Source: Cenococcum geophilum (lineage: Eukaryota). From it: a stretch of DNA of 64,000 nt. The notes beneath the pieces are model-generated. The model did not search any database and was not told where the DNA came from. It was given only the letters and a program-made list of their open reading frames with translations. This document shows positions 1-13,100 of this stretch, in pieces. The position numbers were made by a program, and so were the translations under genes. Numbering within the stretch: the stretch's first letter is position 1; every line of letters starts with the position of its first letter. The stretch covers positions 372,001 through 436,000 of the forward strand of contig CP158636.1 in assembly GCA_050273025.1 (NCBI GenBank), written 5' to 3'.

Positions 1-870
1 AAGATGTCGCTAGAATCTATATTAAGGAAGTGTTTATAAAATATAAAGCACTAAGTAAGATTATATCGGATAGAGATCTAAGATTTATAGCAGTATTTTA
101 GGAAGTGTTCTTAGCAGAGCAAGGAGTTTAAGTAGTAACTTCTACCGCATATTATCTATAGATAGACGGTTAAATGGAAAGATTAAATTAGACACTAGAA
201 TAGTACCTAAGGCATTATATTAATCATATACAGAACAATTAGGTATTACTATTATTAGTTATATAGTTTATATATAATATAACACTATAAGAAGGAATAG
301 GCACGTTACTATTTAAGGCAAATTATGGATATAAGCTAAGGACATTATTATCGCTATATTAAGTAAAGAAGATAAGTAGTATAGCTAAGTAAAGAATAAA
401 GAGTTTAATAAATCTTTATATAAACCTTATGGAAATAGCTAAGGTGGTATAGTAAAGGATAAAAAAGTACTACGATATTAAGAGATCTAAGGGACCAAAT
501 CTTAAGGAGGGGGATAAAGTGTAGCTACTATATAAAAATTTCAAGAGTTAACGACTAAGTAAGAAGTTAGACTATATTAGACTAGGACCTTTTAAAATTA
601 TATAAAAAATTTCACCGGTTATATTTAAGTTAAACCTATTAGCTAAGATAAAGATCTACCCTATATAGTATATTGTAATGCTAGAGCTAGTATATAGGAA
701 TATTAAGCCACTAGTTTATAAAGCAGACATATATAGAGGACAAAAAAAAGATAAATAGTAAGTTTTAAAGATTATTAATTATAAGGATGTAGATAATAAA
801 ACATAGTATAAAGTAAAGTAGATAGGCTATAACGAGACTACCTAGGAGCTACTAGAGAACCTAAAAAACG

Positions 871-1543
871 CTATAGAAAAGGTATAGGAGTATTAAAAGA
901 GAAAAGGTTAGGTAATATTAATAAAGAGGAATTGCTAAAAAATAAGTTACCTAAAGGGGACCTAGGAAGAGCAACTGCCGAACTACTTAAAGTTATTTTC
1001 TTCTCTATTAGAAGAGAATCCGTTTTTTTATTACTAAGTTCCTATAAACCTTATTCTATAAGTTTTTACTCCTTAAAACAAACCTTCTTGCGAACTTTCT
1101 TAAGATAAACTAATTAAGTAGACGCAGCAAGACAATAATTAAGGGCCCGTTATTAAGCATCGGTAGCCTCCTTTTTAATATTATATAAACGATAAAGTTC
1201 CGCCAAGGTAACAGATAGTTTATTATTAAGCTTTATAGTAGTAAATTAAATACGAGACTCTATAACAAATTACTTAGGGAACTTAGAGACTATTAAGAGT
1301 TATAGGACGCGTATACTTAGCGTTAGAAATTAAATAAATATCGCAAGACAATTAAACGTTTGCTTTAGTACACTCTAAATAAAAAGAGGGTTATTAAGAT
1401 AAAGGACTCGCTAACGCAATACAGACTAACCCCTCTTTCGCATAATAAGAATATAAAGATAGCATTACTTTACCAAGCAATAGTATAGAAGAGACTGTAC
1501 GCGAACAACGAAGAGTTAAAGAAGAAGAAGGTGCTTTAGGCAT
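871..1543 (-). pseudogene. Antisense accessory ORF of family A (six-Cys zinc-cluster-like motif + coiled coil, one inferred intron)
   Basis: ATG at 1543-1541 gives MPKAPSSS..CSRCAKEGLVC..C.EC.KAN..C after de-RIP. Homologous to 43357-44005. Confidence 0.65.
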
Positions 1544-1651
1544 TATAAGTAACAATATTAACTAAATTAATTAGACGGATATTATACCTCTAGTAAACGA
1601 CCTAGAGATACTAGGTATCTTTAAAAATAAAGATAGAGAGGAAGAAGATAG

Positions 1652-2072
1652 TGTTACGAACGCTTTAAGTACAATATTATAACTACTTAGAGAGGAGTTA
1701 GAAGAAGCTAGTTAGTTAATATAAGTATAATCTAGGATGGAACCCATGGAACTATATAACGAGGAATAGTAAGCAAAGTCACGTAATATAATCTGTGTAA
1801 TCTATATAATCTGCGAGATCTATAATAGAGCGAATAGAGTAGATAGAGCAGATAGAGCAACAACTTTCTTAGAAGTACGGTTATGTATTTAAGGACCCTT
1901 AGTCCCTACCTAGATAGTTCCTTCTTTATAGTAATTCTTAGAATACAATTAGAGTTAATTTGTTAGGCAACTACTCCACCAGTTATTATTACGTTGTTAA
2001 CTTACTTACAATACCTATATACCTAGCCTATTAACAAGTCTACCGTAGTTCCTACTATAAGGCTCCGTTACA
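1652..2072 (+). repeat. Family A 3' LTR
   Basis: TGTTACG...CGTTACA termini; matches the other seven family A LTRs in the window. Confidence 0.95.
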
Positions 2073-2828
2073 CCCTTATAACCTTAAGCTAGTCCTCTAT
2101 TAGCTTATCCTTATTAACGTTAAGAATACGTATAAAGTGTATAGGCGGTAAGGATTTAGAGGGCTCTAATTATTATAGAGTAAGTATAAGCGATAATAAT
2201 ATATAGTAAGGTAGATATTATTAAGCTATATATATAAACTATATAAGGAGGTTAAAACGTTATATAAGAAAAGAAGGTAGAAAAACAGGAAGAAAGGGCA
2301 TATATTGTTAACTTAGTTACTTAGTTAATATATATATAGGTAAAATAGGGTTTAGGTTATAGTCCTAGCAGAACTTAGCAGAATTTAGTAAAACCTGGCA
2401 AAATATAGCAAAATGCTATAGATTGCCGTTAGATTGCCATTAGATTGCCGTTAAATTGCTATTTCGCGGTTAGTCTTTAATTACTAAGTTGGTAGAAATA
2501 GGTAAACGTGTATAAGGTGTTATAGGGGTGTCCTATAATACTAATAGAGGATTTTCCTATATAATTAGCGGGTAATTAATAGAGAAGGGCTAGGAATATA
2601 TAACCATAACATTATATATTACGGCTTTCTACTTAGCTTTCTTAAAAATATATATTTAATAACCTTTTTATAGTGGCCTTTTAAAGCATCCTTCTATTAG
2701 ACCGATTTTCGTATTTTTAGTAGTAGGGTCTACTAAAACGCCACTAACCGGCCTAACTAAGGTGTGCTAGCTAAAGCAGGACGGCTAAGCACGCCCTAAT
2801 TAAAAATCGCATTTTGCTACATAAAGGG
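2073..2828. mobile_element. Right end of an unassigned, probably DNA-type element abutting the gypsy B protease
   Basis: Ends ...GCATTTTGCTACATAAAGGG just before the gypsy B frame starts (ADGVLTSLITDY). Subterminal 10-mer (TAGCAAAAT-like, 2366-2417) and 11-mer (TAGATTGCCGT, 2419-2462) arrays; the 10-mer is an inverted copy of the terminal motif. Confidence 0.45.
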
Positions 2829-5800
2829 ATAGATAGTATCCTAACTTCGCTTATTACGGACTACTTTACCACCTAAATGTTAATCGGCCTCTATACTAAA
2901 GCTATGCTCTTTTTTATTACTAAACTCTTACCTACTACCCTAATTATCCTAGGTATGCCCTAGCTTTAGAAGCATAAGCCCCGTCCTAGCTTTAGGAAAC
3001 TTAAGATCCGCTTTAACTTAGACTATTACTCTAGGCACTACCTCTTATAGGGGATAACCGACATTAATAGAGACGCCCTATATAGATACTTAGCACTATT
3101 AAGCCTAGTGCCTAGGACTATATATAAAGCCCTAATAGTAGAAGACGTCCCTAATAAAGGGGAGCCTATATAGCTGTAAAGAAACGAGATAGTAAAAGAC
3201 GGGACTACCCTAGTACTTAAGACTAAAATAACGGGCTAGCCAGCCCTACCGAGACTAAGGAAGAAGGTCTGCTTTATACCGCTACTATTAAGAATCTAAT
3301 CTTAACCTAGGCACTATTTAAACCCTAATCGCCTAGCCTAATACTTAGAACTAAGCTATATACTATATACGCACACTATAGCTCGCGTTATAGTAAGGAT
3401 TAGCTATAGAACTACTAAGACCTAGATAATAGAAACCGTGCCACCGTACCGCCTAACCTTATACTGTCTCCCACGCGTACTATATAGGGCCGCCGCCTTA
3501 TTTCCGCCCCTCTAGGCTAACTAAGCCGTGCTAACCTAGCCGTAGTACTAGAGAATTAGACACGCCCTAACCTAGACGATATTAAATGCACTTATACTAT
3601 TAATTTTACCTAGTTCTATAAACAAAAAGATATAAAGGTAATAAGGATCTATATAGCGGAGTTAGTAGAGCTAGTTAAATAAGATAAGCACTAATAGCTG
3701 CTTAAAGAGCTGCCTATAGGCCTAATAGAAGTACCGAACCTATTAAAAAGGTTCTTCCGCTAGCTAGTAGAAGGCAACTATATAATAAAGGAAGCCCGTA
3801 AAGTGCTCCCCCCCTATTTTTATAACTTTCTTAAAATAAATCTAAAAACTAAACCCGAGCGTTTACATTAAAAGATAGTTAATACTGATGTTAAAAGATT
3901 TCTAAAAGGCAAACTAGGATTAACCTGCGAAGATATTCTACAACGCTTACTAAAGGAGCTCAGTAAATATATTAAGCACCCCCTCCCTAAAAACGTAGAT
4001 AAGCTGCCCCCTTACTAACTATAGAACTATAAAATTAAGATTACCCCCGGAAACTAGGCCCTATACTATAAAAATAGACTACTCTTACCTACTAAACTTA
4101 GGTGTGTAAAGAAGTGGATTAATAAGATGCTAGATAAGGGTTTTATCCGCAAATTAACCTTACTAGCTACTATACTACTCCTCCTCGCTACTAAGCCTGG
4201 CGGTAGTATATAAATCTACTATAATTACCAAGGCCTAAATATAGTTACTATTAAGAATTAACACCCACTGCTACTAATCCACAAGATACTTAACGCACTT
4301 TATAGTGCTAAGTACTTTACTAAACTTAATATAATTGCTATGTTTAACTGGATCCGGATTATAGAGGGCTATAAGTAGCTTATAGCATTTATTACCCGGT
4401 TCGGACTCTATAAGATACTAGTTATACTATTTAGCCTCTATAACGCACCCGCTATATTCTAAAACTATATTAACTATATTTTATACAACGCCCTTAATAA
4501 CTACTACACTGCCTACCTTAATAACGTCCTTATCTTTTCTAAAATACGCGCTAAGTATATTAAGTATATAAATAAAGTTATCTAAAGACTTGGTAATGCT
4601 AGACTTTAGATTAATATTAATAAGTCTAAGTTCTACTCTACTAAAATAAAATACCTTAGCTTAATTATCTTAACTAATAGTATAACTATAGACCTTAAGA
4701 AGGTATAGGCCTTATAGGAATAGAAGGACCTAATATTAATTAAAGAACTATAATAATTTCTTAGCTTCGCGAACTTTTACTAATAATTTATTTAAGGCTA
4801 CTCTGCTATTGCTATACCTATAATAAAACTCCTAAAGAAGGATATTGGATGGCTATAGGGATTAAAATAAGCTAAATTGTTTAAGGCCCTTAAGGAAGCC
4901 TTTACTTTAGCACTAGTACTAACATACTATAACTATATAAAAAAAATAGTGGTAGAGACAGACGTATTAAATTAGGCTTCTAGCGGAGTCCTTTCTTAGT
5001 ATAACAACGACGGAAAATTAAGACTGGTCGCATTCTTCTCTGTAAAGCACTCTACGCTAGAGTATAACTATAAGATCTATAATAAAGAACTTTTAGCTAT
5101 TATTAAGGCTTTAAAGAAATAGCGTCCTAAGCTATAAGGGACTAAGGAGCTGTTTAAAATTATTACCGACTATAAGAACCTATAGACATTTATAACTACT
5201 AAGTAGCTAAACTAGCGCTAAGTCTAGTAGGCAGAGTTCCTTTTATAGTTTAACTTTATAATTATATATAGACCTAGTAGTAAAGCTACGCTCCCTAACG
5301 CCCTAAGCTGGCTACTAGGAATAAGGCCTAAGAACACTAATAATAAATACCTCCGCTACTAAGCCCAAGTTATTATACCGCCCTAGAAAGTTAACCCTAT
5401 AATCTTAGAAGAATTACTATATAAGTCTCGTAACTCTAATAATGCGGAGTTTATAGCCACTCTAGACCCTAAAATAGCTAAAAAGTTACTAGATAAGTTA
5501 ATTTAGCTAAGATACTAGAAGAACAAACTTGTAAGAGATATAGTAGTAGCCCTATGTAATTAGAAAGCTCGCTATTAGCTAAAGAAGATTAGGAAATTAC
5601 TTTATTACGATAAGTTAGAATATAGTATTATTGATAGACAGATCTACTTCCACTAACGTCTCTTTATCCCTAACGCCCTAGACCTTTACCTAGAAGTTAC
5701 CTATCGCTCTTATAGTAGCGGCCCCGCTAGTTACCCTAGCTAGGTTAAAACTCTTAACCTTTTAAACTAAATATACTGGTAGCTAGGAATCTCCTAGTTT

Positions 5801-7114
5801 ACGGCTACCTTTATTAAAGACTATGCCCTATGCTTTTATACTAAGACCCCCTATTCCGCCCTACCCAGTTTCCTAAAGTTACTAAAATTACCCGCCCGCC
5901 TGTAGACCGATATCTTAATTAACTATATTATAACGCTACTAGTATACTAACGCTACGGTAAGGTATATAAATATATCCTTATTGTTATAGACCGCCTAAC
6001 TAAAATATAATACCTTATTCTAGTAATAGGACTCTTAATAGAGGAGCTAGTTAATGGCTTTATTAATAATATATATAAGCTCTACGGTATACTAAGTATA
6101 ATTATCTCTAATCGCGGTATATAATTTATTAGCGACTTCTGGTGATAACTAAGTAAACGCCTTAAAATAACTTTATAACTAAGCTTAGCCTAGTACCTAG
6201 AAACGGACGGCTAAACTAAAATTATTAATACTGCCGTAAATAAATACCTTTATGCTTTTGTTAGCTTTATATAGGATAACTAGGTTAACTATCTACCGCT
6301 TACTAAGTTTACTATAAATAACTAAGTTAATAAGAGTATAGGCATCTCCCCGTTTTTTGCAAATTATAGCTTTAACCTTTACCTTGGAATTAAGCCTACT
6401 AGCCCCTACCTACTAACACTATTAGTATAAGTAAAGAAGGAGTTCTTCCGTGCAAACTCTATGGCTAACTACTTTAAGCGGATATTAATATAGCTTAAGG
6501 CCCTAGCCTGGATTTTATAGTAACGCTATAAAGATAATACTAATACCTATAGGGATAAGAGCGCGTTATTCTATAAAGGTAATATAGTTATAGTTAGCTT
6601 AGAAAATATAAAGATAAATAGACCTAAAAAGAAATAGGACGATAAATAGGACGGCCTATACCCCGTACTTGCAGTATACTAAGGGGTAGTTATAATAGAC
6701 CTCTCGGACCATATTTAAGTAAATAAATCCTTTTATATATCTAAGGTCCGCCTCTAAGTTGCTAAAGAAATCCCTAGTTAAGCAAATATTAATACTATAG
6801 AGCGCCGTAATATATAAGGACGAGTAGTAGAAAAAGATAATAATGGCAATATAGAAGACAAATAGGAGTTTAAAAAAATCCTTAATATATATAACGAAGA
6901 CCCCTAGGGCCTAACTTATAAGATTAAATGGAAATATTATAAGGATATAACCTAGCAGCTAGAGGAAGACCTAAAGGGTTATAAATATATTAGGAAAATG
7001 TTTATGCCTCCTAATAGTACTGATAGGTTCCTAACAGCTCCTATTAGGGCTATTAGGAGCTCTAAGAGATACTTACACTCGGCTTCCTATTAGGAACCTA
7101 TTAGGAGGTCGCCC

Positions 7115-7240
7115 AGACTATATGGACTATACGGACCTTTAGGACCTTTAGGACCTCTAGGACCTCTAGGACTATTAGGACTGTTAGGACCATTAGGACA
7201 ATTAGGACCATTAGGATAATTAGGACAATTAGGACAATAA
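7115..7240 (+). repeat. 9-bp tandem array (TTAGGACnn), left subterminal
   Basis: Visible 9-bp period; same-orientation array at 9368-9490. Confidence 0.9.
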
Positions 7241-7509
7241 TTTAAAAATTAAATTTAAAAATAAGGTATATTAATGCTCTTATATTTATAGCTAGCTAAT
7301 AAATATAAAAACTAGTTTAATTTTAGACCCTATTCTATATATAGGATACTTTAAGGAATCTAAATAATCTAAATCCTTCCTACTTACTACCTGCGTCGCG
7401 ATTAATTGAGGAGATAAGGGGTAAGGCTCTCGCAGAGGCTCTAAATTGTCGATTGGCGGTGTTCCCGATAATCTGCCGGCCGTATACTAATTTCCTAACT
7501 AGGCCTAGT

Positions 7510-7780
7510 GCCTGCCTATCCTACCTGCCTGTCCTACCTATCCTACCTATCCTGCTTGTCCTACCTGTCCTATATATCCTGCCTATTTTACCTATCCTAC
7601 CTATTTTACCTATCCTACCTATCCTACCTATCCTACCTATCCTGCCTGTCCTACCTATCTAACCGTCCTACCTATTCGTGCCTACCTATCTGTGCCTGCC
7701 TGTTTATACCTACCTATTTATACCTACCTGTCTGTGCCTACTTGTCTATACCTACCTATCTATACCTACCTGTTTATATC
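7510..7780 (+). repeat. Pyrimidine-rich CCTACCTAT / CCTR tandem array
   Basis: Visible 9-bp and 4-bp periodicity; source of the spurious LPI/YLS ORFs. Confidence 0.9.
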
Positions 7781-8379
7781 TATAATTTAAGGGAAAGTCG
7801 GCCTAATTAAAGGCTCTGCTTAATTTGATTGCGATTAATTATATTAATTTAAATCGTTCTTTATAGGTGTTTGCTGGTTATATATTTAGACGATAGTTGT
7901 TTGGGGTGTCTCTCTAAGAGGCCCTAATTTAATTTAATTTGGTAATAGGGTGATATTAAGGCTCTAGTTCGATTCGATCAATTAATTAAATTAATTATGT
8001 TCGCTAGCTGGTCGTTTAAATAATTATTGTCTAGCTTTAGCGACGGTCATATAGTTCTGGTGACGGTCCTCTCCTACCTACTTATCTACCTATCTACCTA
8101 CCTACTTACCTATCTGCCTGCCTACCTACCTACCTACCTGCCTATATTAGTATCTAATTTAATTTAGGGGAGGGGTCGGCCCGATCGAAGGCTCTAATTG
8201 ATTTAGATCGTTCTCTACGGCTATTCGCTAGCTGTATATTTAAACGGTGGTCGTCTAGGGTGCCTCCCTAGGAGGCCTTAATTCGATTTAGTAATAGGCC
8301 AATATTAAAGCTTTTGTTTAATTCGATCGATCGATTAATTAAATCGTTTGTGGTATTCGCTGGCTGGTTATTTAAAAGG

Positions 8380-8525
8380 TTGTCGTCTAGTTCTGGTAAC
8401 GGTTGTCTAGTTCTAGAACGGTTATCTAGTTCTGGCAACGGTTGTTTAGTTCTGGCGACGGTTATCTGGTTCTAGTGACGGTCGTCTAGTTTTAGTAACG
8501 GTTGTCTAGTTTTAGTGACGGTCCT
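8380..8525 (+). repeat. 21-bp tandem array (GTCTAGTTCTGGCGACGGTYR-like)
   Basis: About 7 consecutive degenerate units. Confidence 0.85.
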
Positions 8526-8669
8526 CTACTGGCTGCCGTTCTAGTGCCTCCTAAGGTAAGGAGGATGTAAGGAAGGGTAAAAAATAAGGTGGCTATAAAG
8601 GGGGTAGCTTGGTAGAGGCATATATAGGGCTATTAGGAATATAGCGGGGACCTAATAGTAATGAGTGTT

Positions 8670-9200
8670 ATGCGGAGCTTTGTATAGAGCCTCTGTACGC
8701 AGAGCTTCGCGTAAAGCCTTATACAGAGCCTTATATAGAGCCTTTATACGTAGAGCTTTGTGTAGAGCTTTATATAGAGCCTTGTATAAAGCTTTGTGTA
8801 GAGCTTTATATAAAGCTTTATATAGAGCTTTATATAGAGCTTTGTGCGGAGCTTTATATATATAGAGCCTTATATAGAGCTTTATGCAGAGCTTTATACG
8901 GAGCTTTATACGGAGCTTTATATATATAGAGCCTTATATAGAGCTTTGTGCGGAGCTTTATATAGAGCTTCGTATAGAGCTTTATATAGAGCTTTATATA
9001 GAGCCCCGTATAGAGCTTTGTGTAGAGCTTTATATAAGCTTTGTGTAGAGCTTTATATAGAGCTTTGTGCAGAGCTTTGTATAGAGTTTCGTATAGAGCT
9101 TCGTGTAGAGCTTTGTATAGAGTTTCGTGTAGAGCTTTATACAGAGCTTTGTGTAGAGCTTTATATAGAGCTTTATATATATAGAGCCTTATACAGAGCC
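8670..9200 (+). repeat. 12-bp tandem array (AGAGCTTTATAT-like)
   Basis: Visible 12-bp period; related to the arrays at 18420-19860. Confidence 0.9.
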
Positions 9201-9367
9201 CCAGTAGTGTTGCTTAAGAGGTGTGCATACGGTGTTACTTTAGGGGGGTATCCTGTCAGGACGATTAGGAAATACTAGTTTCCTATTAGGAGCCTATTAG
9301 GACGATTAGGAAATATTAGTTTCCTATTAAAAGCGCATTAGGATAGTAGGGTCCTGTCAAAAGCCTA

Positions 9368-9490
9368 TTAGGACGACTAGGACGTTTAGGACGTTTAGGA
9401 CGTTTAGGACATTAGGACGTTCAGGACGTTTAGGACATTTAGGACATTTAGGACATTTAGGACGTTTAGGACGTTCAAAACGATTAGGAA
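9368..9490 (+). repeat. 9-bp tandem array (TTAGGACRT), right subterminal
   Basis: Visible period; one less-mutated unit TCAGGACGT at 9421. Confidence 0.9.
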
Positions 9491-9960
9491 AATCAAAATC
9501 CTATTAGGAGGCCTCTAGGATCTTAGCACCCCAATAAAATGCTAATATAAGTTATATAGCGCTTTTATAAGTAACACCCTAAGAAGCTAAGACCCCTAAA
9601 CTGGGTATAAGATAAGGAAAAATCACGCTAAGGTCGCGGCCGACCACCGTATTAAAATTTGTGGTGGTTAAGATGTTATAGAACTTTAACTAGCGGTTAA
9701 AGTTATCTAATTAGCCAAATTCTCGCTAAAAAACGCTATACGGATTAATTTAGGTGGTAGTATAGAGTTCTACCGACCTTACTTACTAAACTAACTAATT
9801 AGGATTTTTTATGCCCGGCATAGAAAATTGCTATTAGCTTAGTTAAGGGCGGTAAGCAGAACTAATATCTTTGCGGTAAAAAATAGGCAACCCTATATAC
9901 TGCCTATTTTTAAGTTATCTATTTAGTTTAGGGACTAAACTATCTAGGGGAGAAGAGTAC

Positions 9961-10147
9961 TGTTACGGCACTAACCTAACGCATACTATTTTATACTGTC
10001 TTGTACTATTTCCTACTATTAGCTAGCCTACTACTAGCGACTTAGCGGCTGGCCCTACTATTTATATACAATACCCTCTTTCTACCTTCTTCCCCTCTTT
10101 ATACCATAACGTAGTTATTTAGTCTACTTCATTACAGCACTATAACA
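9961..10147 (+). repeat. Gypsy B 3' LTR
   Basis: TGTTACGG...TATAACA (from TGTAACA), directly after the PPT. Confidence 0.85.
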
Positions 10148-13100
10148 TTCTTTGCTATTAATATAGTTATAACTAATATAGAGGTAAATAACGTTATTAA
10201 AGCTAGCAACTATAATTTCCTAGCATTTATATATAGTAATCTTATTACCTATAATAAGAAGGAATAAGTAATAAACACCTATATAAATAGCCGAAATGTT
10301 ATTAAGATAAACCCCTAGGTAAAGCGTACCGGGTAGTATAACTACCTTAATATATTTAAGGTGGAACTACTCCTAGCCTTAATTAATAAACTTAACCTAG
10401 ATAATAAGTCAACCCTTACTATAATATAGAACGCTATAGCTAAGCTCTACTAGACCTATAACGAAACTATAGCTTTAAAGGCCGGTATCTTTTTATACAT
10501 AAAAGCTATCCGGGACTAGGTATACTAGTAATAATATTAACCCCTCTAATTATACTAAGGTAAGAAGCCCCCTAATAACTACTATAGACTATAGTAGATG
10601 GTACTTATATTTTTTAGACGGATATAACTAGTAGTAGATAGAGTTAGCCCTAGATATACATTTAATAGTAAATAAGAGCGTGCCTAGTTAGCGCTACTAT
10701 ATACTAAAGAGGGCAGTACTAATACCCCTACTAGGTTATATAAGGGCGATATACTTAGCCCCTTAGCTAAGGCTTGCCTAGTATTTTATCTTTTACTTTT
10801 AAACTAGAAAGTACGCAGTACTAAGTATAAAAGTCCCTTAGTATATGCGTTAGCTCTATAAAGTATAATAGTAGAGGGGTAGAGGAAGTGCGGTATATAT
10901 ACTAAGATACTATCGGCTATAATAAAGCTTAGTTGGTTTATAGTTATATAAGCTGCCCTAATTACTAACGTGGACGCTATTTATTATAATGCCTACCAGA
11001 ATATACTAGAGGGAAGATACCTAGAGTTAGTAGCTAAGATAATAGATAAGTTTATAGTATAAGGAACTACGGGGCTAATATAGTAGATGCTAGACCTTTA
11101 AACCTAAAGCCTAAAGGGGCACTATAAAATAATAAAGGAGGGCGAGGTAGAGTAGATTAATGACAAGCTACTCTATAAAGCCGTTCGTTTTATAATACCT
11201 AAGTTTCGCAGTTTTATCTATAGCCTTATTAAAGACGTAGAACGTTTAATCTACTAGGGCCTACTATTTAATAAATAATATATTAATACCCTACCTATAT
11301 AGATTAAAGCCCTTTAGAATAACCCTAGTAACTCTATTCCTAGCTAGAACTTTCTTTAAAACCCCTATAATAAGCATATTTTCTATACCTAAGACTAGCT
11401 TATAAACTATATCACGCTAAATAAATAGCGCTAGGCTATATTTAAACTCTAAGGCCTAGAAGGTAGACTAAATAAGTTTAGTATTAAAACCTACCTTAAT
11501 TAAGTTAAAGTCCTTTTATATAAGCTTTTAGTGCTTATATATATTATAGGGGGCTAGCCTATAAGAGGTATTAAGATATTGGGTATACGCTATAGTAACA
11601 CCATTGTAGGCAAATATTAAAATATTTTTATTATTTATAGTATAGTCACATTCGTACCTTAATACTTTAAGGGTTCCTGCTATACGGGACGGTTAAATAT
11701 TATTTATTAATTTATACCTAGCAAGGTTAGGAGACTAGTTATTCTATACCTTTAGCTTATATTACTATTTTACTACACGCTAGAGTAAATGCTCCGGCTA
11801 GAAAATACTATATTATATATAATGTGGCCGCCTAACGTATAAGGCATTAAATAGAACTCTAACTACTTTACCTATACCCTTTAGTAAGAAATGGAGGCTA
11901 GCTTAGAATATAGGCTTAACATTTAAATATACCGCTAGGTAGTAATTAATATTAGTTAAAAGTACCTTAAGGCTTAGTCTGCGTTTATTATTAATAATAA
12001 TAATAGTAGCTTAGAAAAGGATAAACTAGGATCTATAAATATAATATATAAATAGCAGGTAAGCTATTTAGCTTAAATAGGCAAAACTATATATGTCTGT
12101 TATATTAGAGAGTTAACTAGGACTACTATAGGCAAAAGATAATAGTTTTAAAAATTAAGTATAAAGTAGTATGCCTTCCTAGGCTTTCTTATATATAATA
12201 CCGCAAGTGCTTCCTCTAAAGCCTAAAAGCACCTTATACCTATAAATGCAACTAGTAATACTAAGCGGCTAAAATAGCGTAAGCTAAAAACCATTAACGC
12301 TATAATATAGCTAAAAGCTATATATAGAGAGTAAGCTAAATTTTAGGGTGCGCAGTAGATTGGTATCTAAGTAATCTTATATAGGGAAAATCTAGTGGTT
12401 ATTATTATACTAATAGGCGGTAGTAAGAGTTTAATATTTATACTATTAGCCGCTTATAACAATGCAGGCCTTATAATTATTATTATTTCACTACTCTCTC
12501 TTTAATAGGATCTTCTGCGAAGATATAAGTTGGCTAGTATATAGGCTATAGTATAGGATAGCCACAGCCCTACTAATGCTGTATTAATAGTATTTATAAC
12601 GCCTAAGGCGGTTAAAGAAGACGCCTTTTAGACATTTATAAATAGAATGCAAGTCGCAGGCCGCCTAGTACGAATCGTAATTAATAAATACCACACTATA
12701 CTAAACGGGAGTAGTAAGTTCCGCGCGCCTCTATAGCGGCTAGGTCGTCTAGTAGCTATATAAATATAGATAGTGCTCCTAATAGCTACTCTTCCGCCGA
12801 CAGAAGAGTAGCGGCTTTAGCGTAAGATGTACTTTACCGCTAAGAGTGTTAAGTTAATTAGGGCGCCTACTACTAGACCTAATATACGCTACGCTATTAT
12901 TAATATAGATAAGAAGCCGGTATGGAGCCTAACGATAGCTACTATTAACTAAGCCGCTTAAGTTATTAGCCGCTATATTACGGGCCTATAGTAATATATA
13001 TAACTAGCTTCACCCCCCCCTTACTAAAAGGGCTGCGAGATTTTAAATTCGGTACGCGCATCTAATCTCGCCTAGTTACTACTAACTATATATAGTAATT

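Larger units (their letters stand above)
1..2072 (+). mobile_element. Ty3/gypsy family A copy A0, 3' part (integrase, chromodomain, antisense ORF, PPT, 3' LTR); RIP-inactivated
   Basis: De-RIP motifs ISDRDPRF (~61-90), TAYHPQTDGQTER (~143-182), chromodomain VKWTGYDETTWEPLENL (~810-863). Purine tract at 1631-1651 precedes the LTR. Reverse complement of 30085-32160. Confidence 0.93.
6988..9547. mobile_element. 2.56-kb non-coding, tandem-repeat-rich insertion (CMC/EnSpm-like architecture, non-autonomous)
   Basis: Inverted termini TATTAG...CTAATA with a 2-bp TA duplication (6986-87, 9548-49). Removing it restores the chromodomain frame. CCTATTAGG/CCTGTCAGG motifs and 9-mer arrays lie near both ends. 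Confidence 0.7.
2829..10147 (+). mobile_element. Ty3/gypsy family B (protease, RT, RNase H, integrase, chromodomain, 3' LTR); RIP-inactivated, interrupted at 6988-9547
   Basis: De-RIP motifs IILGMPWL (~2942-2966), AYLDDVLIFS (~4511-4540), VETDAS (~4951), NYEIYDKELLAI (~5065), ISDRG (~6103), WHPETDGQTE (~6191), chromodomain WQPEEDLKG|..QRFHEQHPEKPGPP. PPT at 9947-9960. Confidence 0.93.

Noticed and set aside
7115..7240. TTAGG repeats as telomeric sequence
   Set aside because: Period is 9 bp (TTAGGACnn), not TTAGGG, and a TCAGGAC unit at 9421 suggests a RIP origin.
8380..8525. CRISPR-like array
   Set aside because: Contiguous 21-bp tandem units with no unique spacers, in a eukaryotic context.
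7453..9278. ORF-track ORFs with LPI, YLS, RALY and ELY repeats
   Set aside because: Translations of 9- and 12-bp tandem arrays, open in overlapping frames, with non-ATG starts.
6988..9536. Alternative boundary as a giant solo LTR ending CCCCAATA with 5-bp TSD AAATA/AAATG
   Set aside because: This excision leaves the chromodomain out of frame, whereas the 9547 end with a 2-bp TSD restores it. Disfavoured, not excluded.
10148..12200. Starship captain (DUF3435) or AcademH transposase
   Set aside because: Motifs match the DUF3505/telomere-linked helicase type fused in frame to RecQ; no Starship cargo or Academ TIRs are visible.
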